Positions 38,679 to 52,116 of a DNA stretch of 64,000 bases are shown here, one piece after another. The notes below the pieces were generated by a model. It searched no databases. It was not told the DNA's origin and saw nothing but the letters and a program-made list of their open reading frames with translations. Numbering within the stretch: position 1 is the stretch's first letter; each line of letters starts with the position of its first letter. Source of the stretch: Heptranchias perlo (taxonomy: Eukaryota). The position numbers were made by a program, and so were the translations under genes. The stretch spans positions 28,582,001-28,646,000 of the forward strand of contig NC_090330.1 in assembly GCF_035084215.1 (NCBI RefSeq). The letters are read 5' to 3'.

Positions 38679-40765
38679 TTCATAGAATAATAGAAGGTTA
38701 CAGCATGGAAGGAGGCTATTCGGCCCATCGAGTCTGCGCCGGCTGTATGCATGAGCAATCCAGCTAGTCCCACTGCCCTGCCCTATACCTGTAGCCCTGC
38801 ACATTTTTTCGTTTCAAGTACTTATCCAGTTCCCTTTTGAAGGCCATGATTGAATCTGCCTCCACCACCCCCTCGGGCAGTGCATTCCAGATCCTAACCA
38901 CTCGCTGTGTAAAAAAATGTTTTTCCTCATATCACCTTTGGTTCTTTTGCCAATCACCTTAAATCTCTGCCCTCTGGTTCTTGACCCTTCTGCCAATGGG
39001 AAGAGTTTCTCCCTATCCTCTGTGTCTAGACCCTTCATGATTTTAAACACCTCTATCAAATCTCCTCTCAACCTTCTCTGTTCCAAGGAGAACAATCCCA
39101 GCTTCTCCAGTCTATCCACATAATTTAAGTCCCTCATCCCTGGAATCATTCTAGTAAATCTCCTCTGCACCCTCTCTAAGGCCTTCACATCCTTCCTAAA
39201 GTGTGGTGCCCAGAACTGGACACAATACTCCAGTTGTGGCCGAACCAGTGTTTTATAAAGGTTCATCATGACTTCCTTGCTTTTGTACTCTATGCCTCTA
39301 TTTATAAAGCCCAGGATCCCGTATGCTTTTTTAACCGCTTTCTCAACCTGCCCTGCCACCTTCAACGATTTATGCACATATACCCCCAGATCCCTCTGTT
39401 CCTCCACCCCTTTTAGAATTGTGTCCTCTAGTTTATATTGCCTCTCCTCATTTTTCCCACTGAAATGCATCACCTCGCATTTTTCTGCGTTAAACTTCAT
39501 CTGCCACCAGAGTGTCTATATCCTCTTGAAGTCTTTCGCTATCCTCCTCACTGTTTACTACCCTTCCAAGTTTTGTGTCATCTGCAAATTTTGAAATTGT
39601 GCCCTGTACTTCCAAGTCCAAGTCATTAACATATATCAAGAAAAGCAGTGGTCCCAGCACCGACCCCTGGGGAACACAACTGCACACCTCCCTCCAATCC
39701 GAAAAACAACTGCTCACCACTACTCTCTCTTTCCTGTCATTTAGCCAATTCTGTATCCATGTTGCTACTGCCCCCTTTATTCCATGGGCCGCAATCTTAA
39801 TCGCAAGCCTACCATGTGGCACTTTATCAAACGCTTTTTGAAAATCCATATACACCTCATCTACCCTCTCTGTTACCTCATCAAAAAACCCTATCAAGTT
39901 GGTTAAACATGATTTGACTTTAACAAATCTGTGCTGGTTTTCCCTAATCAATCCACACTCGTCCAAGTGACTGTTAATTCTGTCCCGGATTATCGTTTCC
40001 AAAAGTTTCCCCACCACCGTGGTTAAACTGACTGGCCTATAGTTGCTGGGTTTATCTTTACACCCTTTTTTGAACAGGGGTGTAACAGGTGCAATTCTCC
40101 AGTCCTCTGGCACCACCCCCCATCTAAGGATGTCTGGAAGATTATGGCCAGTACCGTGGCAATTTCCCCCCTTACATCCCTCAGCATCCTAGGGTGCATC
40201 CCATCCAGACCAGGTGACTTATCTATTTTAAGTACAGCTAGCCTTTCTAGTACCTCTTCTTTCTCAATTTTTAGCCAATCCAGTACCTTAACTATATCTT
40301 CCTTTATCGAAACTCTGGCAGCATTTTCTTCCTTGGTAAAGACAGATGCAGAGTACTCATTTAATACCTCAGCCATGCCCATGGCCTCCATGAGCAGATC
40401 TGCTTTATGGTCCCTAATCAGCCCCACCCCTCCTCTTACTACCGTTTACTGTTAACATGTCTGTAGAAGACTTTTGGATTCCCTTTTATGTTGGTCGCTA
40501 GTCTATTCTCATACTCTCTCTTTGTGCTCTTATTTCCTTTTTCACTTCCCCCCTGAACTTTCCATATTCTGCCTGGTTCTCACTTGTGTTATCAACCTGA
40601 CACCTGTCATATGTCGCTTTTTTCTGCTTCAACTTATTCTCTATCTCCTTCGTCATCCAGGGAGCTCTGGCTTTAGTTGCCCTACCTTTCTCCCCCGTTG
40701 GAATGTACCTTGTCTGTACTCAAATCATCCCCTCTTTAAAGGCTGCCCACTGTTCAATTACAGTT
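38679..40765 (-). mobile_element. CR1 LINE, 5'-truncated (~2.1 kb)
   Basis: ORFs 38814-39500, 39490-40116, 40023-40427 with KSPGLDG, DFQKAFD, PQGSVLGP, FADD. Confidence 0.95.
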
Positions 40766-41014
40766 GATGTGTGAGATGCTTCACTGGATATATGACATTA
40801 CTTCTCATCAACCTTGTATAATCATAAAATTAATCTAGACTTTGTAGAGCTATTTTGTTTACCTCAAAGTTTTAAATAAAAAATTTATATTTAAAAAAAA
40901 TAGATTTGTTCACCCATCTAGTGCTGACCTTTATAATGAGGACATGTTCTGTTATTTGTGTGATAGCGCAGTATAATATTTAAAGAGTTTGTCTATTTGA
41001 AATTAGTTTGAAAG

Positions 41015-41252
41015 CATTGCATGTATGTTGTCTCTCAGAAACATCCTAAAGCATTTCACATACAATGAATTACTTTGAAGGAAGTGCAGTCACTATTGTT
41101 ACATAGGTGAACACAATCGCCATTTTTTCACAGCAAGGTCCACCAAACAGCAATGACAAGAAAGACCAGTAAATCTATTTTTTGTTGGACAAGGAAACAA
41201 TGTTGGCTAGGACACCAGGAGAACTCCTTATCCTTCTTTGAACAGTGCCAAG
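41015..41252 (-). mobile_element. Deu-domain SINE fragment
   Basis: revcomp ggagttctcctggtgtcctagccaacatt...cattgctgttt...gtgactgcacttc; similar to 62625-62935. Confidence 0.65.
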
Positions 41253-41289
41253 ATAGCGCTTGAACCCACAATCTTGAGATGCGATTGCT

Positions 41290-41944
41290 GCCAACTAAGC
41301 AAAGCTGGCACTCAGATTGACTGGCTGGCTGCTTGTCGGAAGAGAATGGAGCCACGAATCGGAGAGGGGGGAGAGAGGGAGAGAGAGATCGTGGCCGTGG
41401 AAGAAATCGGAGGGGTGGGGGAGGTGGGAGAATGTGGACGACATCGGGTAGGCCTTGGAGAAGATCGGGAGGGGTCGACCACCGCGGGGGGTGGGGGTGA
41501 CTGCCTATCGCTGGAGTCCAATTATGCCACGTGAGCTTGTTGGGCCTGGATGAAGCACTCCTGCTCCTCAAGGCCCACAAGCAGTACAATAAAAGCACTC
41601 ACCTCATCAATCAGGCCCTTCCCACCTGCTTTCACCTGTCATGAATCAGAAGCGATGGGAAACCCGAACAGGTAAGGTTAAATTTGTTTGACGTTTCTAT
41701 TACACAAAAATTAAGTGCCTCAACTATCACAATGAGGTACATTGCTCCTTTAAGTATTGGTCCGCTGGCTATAAATGGGGACGGGACTTCTGGGTTTCTG
41801 TTGCACGCACGCATCCAAACGTGGCTGGGTTAGACCCGGAAGTAGGCACATTGGAGCCGGGATGTGGTCCCGCTCCAAAAATCAACTATTTTTACTGTCC
41901 ATCCGCCCTCAACCCACCCGTTCTTGGGGGTTAAAATAACTCCC
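41290..41944 (-). mobile_element. Older Harbinger-related MITE, relative of 58414-59445
   Basis: end ggggttaaaataactccc; 41531-41605 is the reverse complement of a relative of 58733-58806; shares ccggctccaa..cttccggg subterminal motif with copies A/D. Confidence 0.7.
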
Positions 41945-42194
41945 AATATATCTGTAAAATGGTTATGTTGCAATCACAGACTGTTTTAAAGACAACTGCC
42001 ATTTTTAGTGAAAAACACTGACACAATTCTGATTGTCTGTGCAGTTCTGTAACTTCAGGTTGTATATACTTTCATGCATGACTTAGATGAACTCTGACTT
42101 GATTCTGTCTTTGTGCTGGCATCATTCTGCACCACAGAAGGAATTATCTTATTCCTTACATTTTAACTGACTAAAAATGTTGATTCCGTTTCAG

Positions 42195-42319
42195 ACAAAC
42201 ACAATCCCTTTGTGGAGCAACACACAGATGTACCCGAAGTTGTGTACATGACCGAAGGAAAGAGGCTACTTATTCCATGCAGGATCACAGCCCCAGATCT
42301 CACTGTCACTTTGAAAATG
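42195..42319 (+). CDS. flt1: VEGF receptor 1, coding exon 4 (Ig domain 2, N-half)
   Basis: tttcag|AC...ATG|gtaggt; 125 bp; DKHNPFVEQHTDVPEVVYMTEGKRLLIPCRITAPDLTVTLKM vs human FLT1 DTGRPFVEMYSEIPEIIHMTEGRELVIPCRVTSPNITVTLKK. Confidence 0.95.
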
Positions 42320-45300
42320 GTAGGTTGAATGGGGTATCTACAGAGTAATACTAACAACTAGTAGCACTTCGCTGCTTCAAGAATTAGTTCCATGAGTTGT
42401 TCTCTGAATCCATAGTAACTGATGCTGATAACGATTGTTTATTTATCGAACTGATTAAACTGCTTGGCATTTGAAGAATTCAGAATAAATATACAATGGG
42501 GCTGTAAGCCAAATTGCAAACAAATATATCAGCAATAATTCTGAAAACGATAACAAATTTTACTCATTCAGTTTGGTTGCATTCAGCTTTATAGACTAAT
42601 CGTGCTGGTCTACCAACTTCTATTCAATTCAAAAATCACATTCTGCTTTCAGATGATCATTAAATTTTTTGAGTATTGATTTGTCTTTACAGCTTTTAAA
42701 ATGCACTCTTATTCTCTATCAAATGTCATCTACAATAAAATCTGTGTACTGTTTGATGTGGAATACTTAAAGTAAAATTTGTGTAAGAAATGTAGATGAC
42801 TTTTTTTTATTCATAGTAGTCTCTGATTAATCTGAAAAAATGTAAACTTTAATTTTAAAGATTTTTGTTAAAAATATTCCCTCCAAGATCTAAGAAGTGG
42901 TTTTTAGTAATAGTCTAGGAGGTCTGTGCTGGTCTTCACACCTTCTCATTAGAGCTTTTTGTAGCTTTAACCAGCTGTGGGCACCTACAGTGCTTGCAAT
43001 TCTGGGCAGATGGGCTTGTATTGTGAAAACTTTCTGCCACAGTCTATTGCCAGGATATGTAAATATAGCATTGGGTTGGATGTAGGACCACTTGGAACAA
43101 CTGTAGCCCTAAGCTTTCTCCTCAGTCAATACATTTTGAAATGCTCCTTCCTACCCCCATTCCTGTTGATTCTTAATTTCTACTGCTATTCCTTCAATCT
43201 TCTCTTATAAGTCCACTAACCTTGACCTGTGATTCCTCTACTGAGGTTGGCTAAGTCAGTGATTTCAGTGCTGCACTGGGGCCAAAAGATCTTGGGTTCA
43301 AATCCTAGCAAGGTTCACTCAGCCTTTCATCCTTCTGAGGTGGATAAGACCAGGTGGATCTTGGGAGATCAGGAGAAAGTAGGAGAGTGCATGTACTATG
43401 TAATGCTTGCCATGCAGTTTGGCATCTTAAGGAAGGAGCAGGACTGCATCCAATGGATATTTCATGATCGCTCGTCCCTCTTTTTTTCACTCCCTTCTGT
43501 GGTTATTTCCCTGCCTCTACTACTGTTGGGACAGAAATCAATTGTTTTTACTGCCACCTGGAGCTTTAAAGCAAAAAAAAAATGAGTGCAGAAAAATACT
43601 AAAGTGAGAAAGAAATCAGATTAAGAAACTTCTACCAAGTAAGATATAATTAACTTAAAGAAAAAGAAAAAACTTGCATTTATATAGCATTTTATCACAT
43701 CCCTCAAACAGCTTGAAGTGCTTCTCATACAGTGAATTATTTTGAAATGTAATGACTCTAGTTATGTGGGCAAACACCTATATAATGAGGAAAAAAAATA
43801 GGTACGAACACCAGAAAAAAAATTAGGAAAATGAGAAAAGAAATTAAATAAATACAAATATAGAATAACATTAATATAAATTTTAAAAGATTTACATATA
43901 TCAATAAAAATGCAAATGTTTTTTGATCCAGTTATTTAGTCCTGACTGTATTAAACAAAGTTGAATGAAAAGTGTTAACACAGGCCAGTAATCTTAAACA
44001 TTTCTAACTTATTCAGTGTGATTAATTTCTACATAATTATTTATTGCCAGGTTTATGGTGGTCCAAGTATCATAGTTTACTCTGCAATTTTTGTCACTTT
44101 CCTACAAGTCACTTAAACTGCAGCAATCTTAAAGTGTCCCAAAGTACATTTCATTTCACTGCTTTTTTTTGTAGGTGTAAATATACAAATAATAATTCCT
44201 GATGCTCTACTTGCCAATGTATATTTCCAAAGCATACTTCACAGTCTGGGTAGTAGGAAGAAAATATTTCCCATTAAGTGGTGTATTCCACAAGCAGGAG
44301 TTTCCATATAATACCTAAGTTGGCAGCGCAGAGCAGAGACAGTAGGTCTGTATCCTGTGTTGACAGGAAGTCAGTGAGATAGGCCCATAGTCATGTTTAT
44401 TACATCCTATTCGAGGCATCTCTCCTGTCCCACCCTGTAGAACTCTTTACTGAAAAAACATGAGAAGTCTATGCAATTACATTTGTTTCATATTGTTTTT
44501 TCCTTTTGCATCAAAGCACTTAGTTGGCAAAGTGTAATCTATAGGAATTGCTTTATTTTTATCTTTGTTTTTTTTTGCCCCTTTCTTCCCTTGAGAGCTG
44601 CTCACCACAATGTAACTGCCTTCCGCTGAGAGGGTGGAATTCTCTGTAGCATAGACTTTTCTATAGCCCCTTTTTAATGCTAGTCCCTGCTCAGCTAACA
44701 GAACTGGGATGACTATATATTTTCCTCTCCCTGAGATAAACCTGGCTACTGTAGTATAGCAGTCCATATAGCAGTAACTGACCAAGGCAGCTCTCCATAG
44801 TGGCAGAAGTACTGATGTTTTTGCAAATTTTTATGGTTTTTGTCCCCTTGGAATTTGGCCTCCATGCAGTGTTCTTCAACTGAAAGTGAGAGTGGATGTG
44901 ATATTAACTTCTATTGCTAATAGAATCTGTACTTGTTGCTCGGGGCAGGCTGTGGGGTGCAAGCTAAGGAACTCCATCTCAGTCCCCAGGCCCTTCAGGT
45001 GATATATTTTGCAACTGTGAAACTCCTCCATTTAACCTTTTCCCCCTAGCGAGATATCTTTCATCTGTTCTCAAGTGTTGTTGACAGATTGCCATATCAA
45101 ATAGCCTTAGGACTCCAGCCCTGTGATCAGAAAGTCCTGAAGTGAGCATTTTATTTGTGGTAGCTCAGCTCCATAGATTACAGGTATAAAGATTGCTTTG
45201 TGGGAGAAGGTACTGTGTGCTGAATGAGTGTGGTCAGCAAGGATTCTGATTGTAATAAGATGTTTACCAGGCTCTAGAGCTGAATCATCTGCTTATCATC

Positions 45301-45774
45301 CAAGTTAAATATGCTAGGTGAGGCCCACCAAATGTTCTTAAAAGTGCATCTCTCTTTCAGTCTCCCAGCAAATAGCTTCATTGTAGAATGAATTTACACA
45401 TTGTGTTTAGGGCTCATTGTACAGAGGAGAAAGTTGTTTAGCAGAATGTTGCCATGAACTTAGTTGAATGAAACATAATTTTAAAGATCCTTTCATTAAA
45501 ATGCTGGATATTTTAAAATTAAATTCTAATGCAGTTAATGTGGAAATAATTAGTTATAACATAACTTAGAATTTTAGACTCACCTGTAATGTGTTAGTGT
45601 TAAAGCACACCAAAATGTTTTAATACATTCTATGGTGATTTATATAAAGTAAAATATCAACCCCAAAGTACTAACCTTGCTAACTTAAGTTTCCATTCCT
45701 TACAGCCACAATCCAATCTCCAATCATATAACATGAGGAAAACCCAAGGTCACATTGACCACTTGGGACACAAT

Positions 45775-47811
45775 GGGCTCGATTTTGGCGTCGGGTTTCC
45801 GGCGGGGGGGCCCCGAAAATCCCGATATCCGGTCACGTGACCGGATCACGACGAAATCCCGGCCACTTCCGGGTACCGCGCTGACGTGCGGGGCTGCGCG
45901 CGCAAGCCCCGCTGGTGGGAATCCCGCAGGCAATTAAAGCCAGCGGGGTTCCACTTGAGAGTACTTACCTTGCTTGTTGAGGTCAGTTAATGAGCTGAAT
46001 CAGCTGTCAAAAGAGGAAGTGTGGGATTTTAGGTTCAAGGCAGTGAGTTTCCCACACTGGGTGAAACAGTCTCTCTCCAACCAAGCGTGTTGCAGCCAGC
46101 AGCCTGTGGCAGGTGCCAAGGTGCACCCCACGGGGGAGAGCCCTCACCCACGCAGGAGGCCACCCCGTCACGTAGGGCAACCCCTGCCCCCCACCACCCC
46201 CCGCCAAGCCAGAGGACAGACCGACACGAAACCGCAGCCCCAGTCCGAGGAACCACCCACCTACCCTGCACAACCCCTCAGACCAACACCTGCCAGATGG
46301 GTGGTGTGTGGACACCCTCGGAGGACGAACAAAATGACCAGCCCCAGCAGCCTCGCAGTCCACGCCGTCCGCCGCAGAGACGTGGAGCCCCCCAACACGG
46401 TGTTGTTGCACGCCCACCTGCACAGCAGGAGGGAGGGCTACCGCAGAGAGAGACGCATCGCAGAGGGCACTACCCTCGCCACAGGGTCCACAGACTGAGG
46501 CGCAGCTCGCCGGACCTCTCCGAGCAGCAGTGCACAGGGAGGCGCAGATTCGCTCGACATGTAGTCATGGAGATCTGCAGGCTCTTTCATGCCGAGCTGC
46601 TCCTGGCTGACCCCAGCACCAACTGCTTACCTGTCGCTGTCAAAGTCACCACTGCCCTCCACACCTTCTCCTCCGCATCCTTCCAGGGTGCAGCCGGCTA
46701 CACCGCCGATGCCTCTCAGTCGTCTGCGCGGACGAGCCCTGCAAATACACCTGCACCTACTCTGCAGTAACACGATGGGTGGCATCAGTGGTGGGTCCTC
46801 ATAGTGATACCCAGGAGCGGGCATTATTGGACACAGCGGACAGGATTCGCGGAGACGTGGCAGTGGTGGTGTCAATATAATGTGTGCTGTTTGTTGCTCT
46901 GAAATTCAATATAGGTAACACCCATGACAAACCCACAGACACCCTTGTGCACCCCCTTCATGCTCACAACACGTTTGCCTTACGCTGCCTACTGCACATA
47001 TGTGATGCATGCCCTGTGGCTGCAGCACAGGTGGTGGCAGGTTGAGTGAGGCTGGCCGTGAGGGAGATGCACGAGAGGGTGAGTATGGGATGGAGCAATG
47101 AGATTGTATGAGGATTGGGTTGCGTGTTAGTGGCAGGATGAGTACTGGCGAGGTGAGTAGGTGGAGGTAAGATGAGGATGGGGTTTGAGTGGGTATGAAG
47201 GGTGATGTGACAGAGTAGTGTTGGCAGTGCCGAAGGAGATGTGGGGTGGGGGCAGTGATGTGGCAGACGGAGTGTAGGGGAAAGACTTCGTGTTCTCACT
47301 GTGGCTGACCTACTGCGGTCATTGAAGCGCCTCCTGCACTGTATGCAGGTGGGCCATATGTTGGTGGCGCAGGTGACCCCCTCTGCCACCTCGAGCCAGG
47401 CCTTCTTGGTGGCAGAGGCAGGCCGCTTCCTCCCGACCGCCGGGTGGAAGATCTGTGTCCTCCCCCTCCTCCTCACCCCATCTGATGATACCTGGGGTGA
47501 GGCATCATTAAACTGGGAGCAGCCTTCCCCCTGGGCTGCTCCATGCTGCAATTTGTTCCATTGGTTGCAGCATCTGTCAGTGGAGGACTGCCCCTTTAAC
47601 TAGAGAGCCTCCAGCTGACAGATCGTACTGCGCATGCGCAGCCCGCTGACGCGCAGGCCAGCGCCGCGGACCACGGAGGAGCAGGTAATTGATTCCTATT
47701 AGTGTGTTGCCTGCTACGATCGCGCGGGCAACCCACTAATTTCTCCGAGCGTGTTGACCACGCTCGAAACCCAACCCGCCGGAAACCCGCAGGCCTGCTA
47801 AAATCAGGCCC
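45775..47811. mobile_element. Non-autonomous Harbinger copy B (subfamily B/C; transposase half +, Myb half -)
   Basis: TIR gggctcgattttggc / gctaaaatcaggccc; TSD AAT. Confidence 0.95.
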
Positions 47812-48877
47812 AATGTGTGTCGCAGTAAAGAGCGGTTACAAGCAACTAAAATTTCTCAGTATATTCAGAGACTATTGTGGCTTGAGAAATATTCTACAAT
47901 TTCAATGCTCTAATAAAGAAAATAATTAGATGACATTTCAACCTTTATTAGAGGCGAACCTGTGGGAACTGAAACTAGCTGGATGAGGAACAGAATGTGT
48001 GGCATTTATTAACATGGAAGGAGAAAAGATGAAAATGTAGATACGATGGGTGAAATTGGATATTATAGGAGGTATAATTTTAATTGCAGATGTTAGATGG
48101 CAAAAAACTAAAAAAGGGAATTTACACTCAATATGAAATGGCTTAAAACAATTAACAAAAAAAAATTAAATGTAAGAGGTGCATTTGTACTCTATACAAA
48201 AGAATTGAGCTCAGCAGTTTTTGATCCACTGATGTTAGAATTGAACTGATCTATAGCAAACAATCAGAGACAAACACTAGTCTAACAGGAAACAAGACTA
48301 CTATTCTAGTGTATTTATTATGCTTTGAGGCACACCATACACAAATATAATCATTTTGTATTTTTTTTACTAATTTATGTCTCAGAAAATTATACCTCCT
48401 CTTTAATATATTTCAAAAAATCTGTACTGTAATAGAAACCATTAATCTTCTGCAAAATGATCAACTTGTAAGTTAGTAAAAGGTTATATTAGGGGGAACA
48501 AACTGAGATGGAAAAGGCCTGAGAGGGGAATGGGTTAAACAAAAGTGCAAAATCTTCCTCTTCAGATAAATCTTTGCGATTTCTCAATGCTGAAAGTTTT
48601 TTTCAAATAGTGACTACCCTGACTGTGGATAAATGCCATGTTGTATTAGTAGACATCCATAAATTAAAAGGAGTGGAAAGTTATTTAAATAGGCTTGCTA
48701 ATGTAGACATAATCTGGTGTATTGTTTGAAACTTTTGGCTTTTTTTTCCCAGCAATTAATGAAATTTGAGGCCATATTTTAATCACCTTCCCATTTCTAC
48801 AGAAATGCTCTTATCAATTTCTTCCCACCCTGAGGTGATTCACTGTAGTAACATAACTTCTGTCTTTGTACTTTTAG

Positions 48878-49037
48878 CATTCCTTATCCTTTACAATTGA
48901 TGGAAAGGAGGTTATGTGGGACAGCAAACGAGGCTTTGTCATTCCCAGACCCACGTACAAATTTATTGGTCTGCTGATGTGCGAAACTACTGTGAATGGG
49001 AAGACTTTTCATTCTTATTATTTAACTCACAGACCAG
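48878..49037 (+). CDS. flt1: VEGF receptor 1, coding exon 5 (Ig domain 2, C-half)
   Basis: cttttag|CAT...G|gtttgt; 160 bp; HSLSFTIDGKEVMWDSKRGFVIPRPTYKFIGLLMCETTVNGKTFHSYYLTHRP; FLT1-type TYKxIGLLxCE and YLTHR motifs. Confidence 0.95.
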
Positions 49038-52000
49038 GTTTGTAGCTGCACTTCCTTTTTTTATTTGCCATTTTTATAACTGGTCTGTGTATATTCATTT
49101 TATTGTATTTTCATATCCACTGAACAATTCTTCGCCAGGCTGACGACTGAATCACAAGTAATGATGTTTGTGCGCTAGATACCTTGTAGTGATATGCTGT
49201 GTGAATGATATTCAAATCCTACATTTAAGTTTTTTAAGACATGTAACATGTCTCTCCTCCTTTCTGATATTTTCCCCCTTCCCTCTCTTACTCCCCCCAT
49301 GCCAGGGTTCATGCCACTCACTAGCTGATAAGATTTGATTTTTGGCTTCTACTGTACTGCTCTTGAATTACCCAGGAGTAGGTGCTCAGGATCAGATTGG
49401 TTGACTTGATCACTTTATTTCCCATCATCTCTGCTTATCGCCTCTTCCTAACAGACCTTCCAGTTTACCCTCATTTTTAGGAATGACACCCTCAAAACTG
49501 TGATTTCTGAATAACCAGTCTATTTTTTTTCTACATTCATCTGACTATTTAGAGCATTGGTATATTTTGTTTCAAACATTTGTGATGCTCCAAAGCTTTC
49601 GGGGACCCAAAGCAGACAATGAATTCCTGGCCAATTTGACTGTACCTGGCACCTTCGATGCTTGGCTGTGTATTCACATTCATAAAATTTACCTCAGATT
49701 TTCCATAATAATACATAGTATTTACAGCACAGCAATAGGCCATTCGGGCCAGCAAATCTATGCTCCTCACGAACCTCCTCTCACCTTACTTCATCTCACC
49801 CTTTCAGCATTTCAATTTGGAAGGCCTACACTGACATCATAACTAAGGTTGCCTTGCATAAATCACACCACTCAGAATGTTGCAGCACTGGTCTGCTGTG
49901 CAGGACATCACTGGGCCATCACTGGAACAGTTAGATTTGTAAACATTTCAGTTCTATGCTTGTAAGAATTTGAATATTTTTAGAATTAATTAATTTCATT
50001 CTTTAAAGTGCATCTGACCTGTTAATTAAGGTTATATATTTGCCAAACATTTTATACAAATATTAGCTTTCAGAGGCAGAAAGTAGCATTCTTACACTCA
50101 GTTTTAATGACTCTCAAGTGTTGGAGATCTTTCTGAGGTAATTTATTTAACATTAATCTTCAGAATATTATTGTGAATACCGTTTCAATGCCTGTCATGC
50201 CTTAAGTTGGTGCTTTTCTTTTTCCTGTCTTTCCCGTCTTAGTGTTCTGACCTAAAGACGGCCACTCATGCTGGAGTATGACTCTGCAGCTTACTGTGGC
50301 TCTACAGTATAATTATGACTTAAAACATCATAATGATGAGTCAGCAGAAACACAAAAACATCTTTTTGTATGATGACTATGAATTTGTAGCCCATGGGAT
50401 TGACAGTAAGCAGAAGCTAAGAGCAAATTAGTGGCTGCAGTTTCTACATTGGAGAACTATTTTTATTTCAAATCTCTCCAGCAGCTCATTCTGTTTAAGT
50501 TGATCTTATAGCACTACCTTCTAGTTGTTGTGAAGCCATATTTAGCCCAGCCCTTATAACTTTTAAAATACGCATGATTTCTCTCAGACCATATTTATGG
50601 TACTGACTGGTTGTGAATTTCTAATGCTGATTTTTAAAAAATAAGTATGCTCACCTACCCGCTTCGCGCCCCCCCCCCCCCCCCCCCCGCCCCACTCCGG
50701 TCATGCATCGGTCTAGAGGCTGAGACGGTCTCCTGTCAGGTTCTGTCACTGTAACCAGTTGCTCAAAGGTTAGCAACAGCTTACCAATTGACTCACCCTC
50801 TGATTTTCTCACAGTCTGTTGCTGGTGAGAAAAAAATATGCATCTCTACAGTATGTTCTTGTACTGCTTTTCACTTAGATGTGCAATAATTATAAATCTT
50901 GTATATATTTATATTTGAGTAGCAAATTCATGAGGCAGTTTGTTTCACTCTTAATTCCAATACGGACTAGTAAACATGCTTTTTCATTGTGAGACATATC
51001 TATACTCTATACACTGCAAGAAAATGTATCTTTTTGAATTTTGATTTGAAGTAGAAATCTTAATTTTTAAAAATAATTCCCCTTTCAAAGATGAATTACA
51101 AAAATATGTTTAATTTTAATACCTTTTTGTTTTTCTGTCCATTTTGTCAATTTCCTTAGAATATTTTGCGTTAAATATTGAGTATTAATGATGTCACTAG
51201 CTTGGAGTCATTCCACAGTGTGATTGAGAGGAATTAATGTCAGCATAGATGTCATTACTTGTGGTGTTTCAGTAAACTAGTATTTACAACTGTGTGTGTT
51301 AAAGGAATACTCCATAATAAGCCTATATGGCAGCCCACAATACTCTATCAAAACATTCTCCCATTTAAAAATGATCTTTTAGCTAAGATTTGGAATAAAA
51401 ATTAGTTTAATAAATGTAGTCACTAATAGTGCCTTTTAGATTGGAGCTGTCATTTAGGGGAATCCCCAAAAAAGCATGCGACTAATCCATTTTTTACAAA
51501 ATTAAAGCATAGTGGGCTGGGCAGTCTCACCTGATCTCTCTTTACCATTGTGGATGCAGTCCAAGAATGAAGATTGCAGTCTTAAGACATTTGCTTGTTT
51601 TGTATCATTTTGTATCATTGCAGAATTGTAAAGTGGATATATTAATCAATATATTTGAATAAACCTTTACTGTTGCTATATGCAGAGTGTTAATTGTATC
51701 CATGTGATTCATATCAATTAGTGTTAATTGCATTTAGGTGGTGCGTATCAATTGGGAACGCTCTTGTATCCATTTATAAGAGAGCTGATTTTTTAAATAT
51801 TTGTTCATGGGATGTGGACGTCGTTGGCAAGGCCAGCATTTATTGCCCATCCCTAATTGCCCTTGAGAAGGTGGTGGTGAGCCGCCTTCTTGAACCGCTG
51901 CAGTCCGTGTCTGGAGTGATCCAATGTGGCTCTCTGTGAATAAAAGCTTGGAAGCAATTGAAAACCAGGCTCTAGTATTCTATCCTTCACCACTTGGCTA

Positions 52001-52116
52001 TCCAATTTATAACATAGAGCAAAAATGCTCTATTCTGTTGCTTTGATTCAGTCTATTCCTTAAGGCGCATAAGAGAAAACAGATGTAAAGGCTTGTGGCG
52101 GCCTGAACAATGTTCA

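Noticed and set aside
50655-50700. Long poly-C run (also near 27900, 55142; poly-G near 34483)
   Set aside because: Simple homopolymers of uncertain length; no further structure
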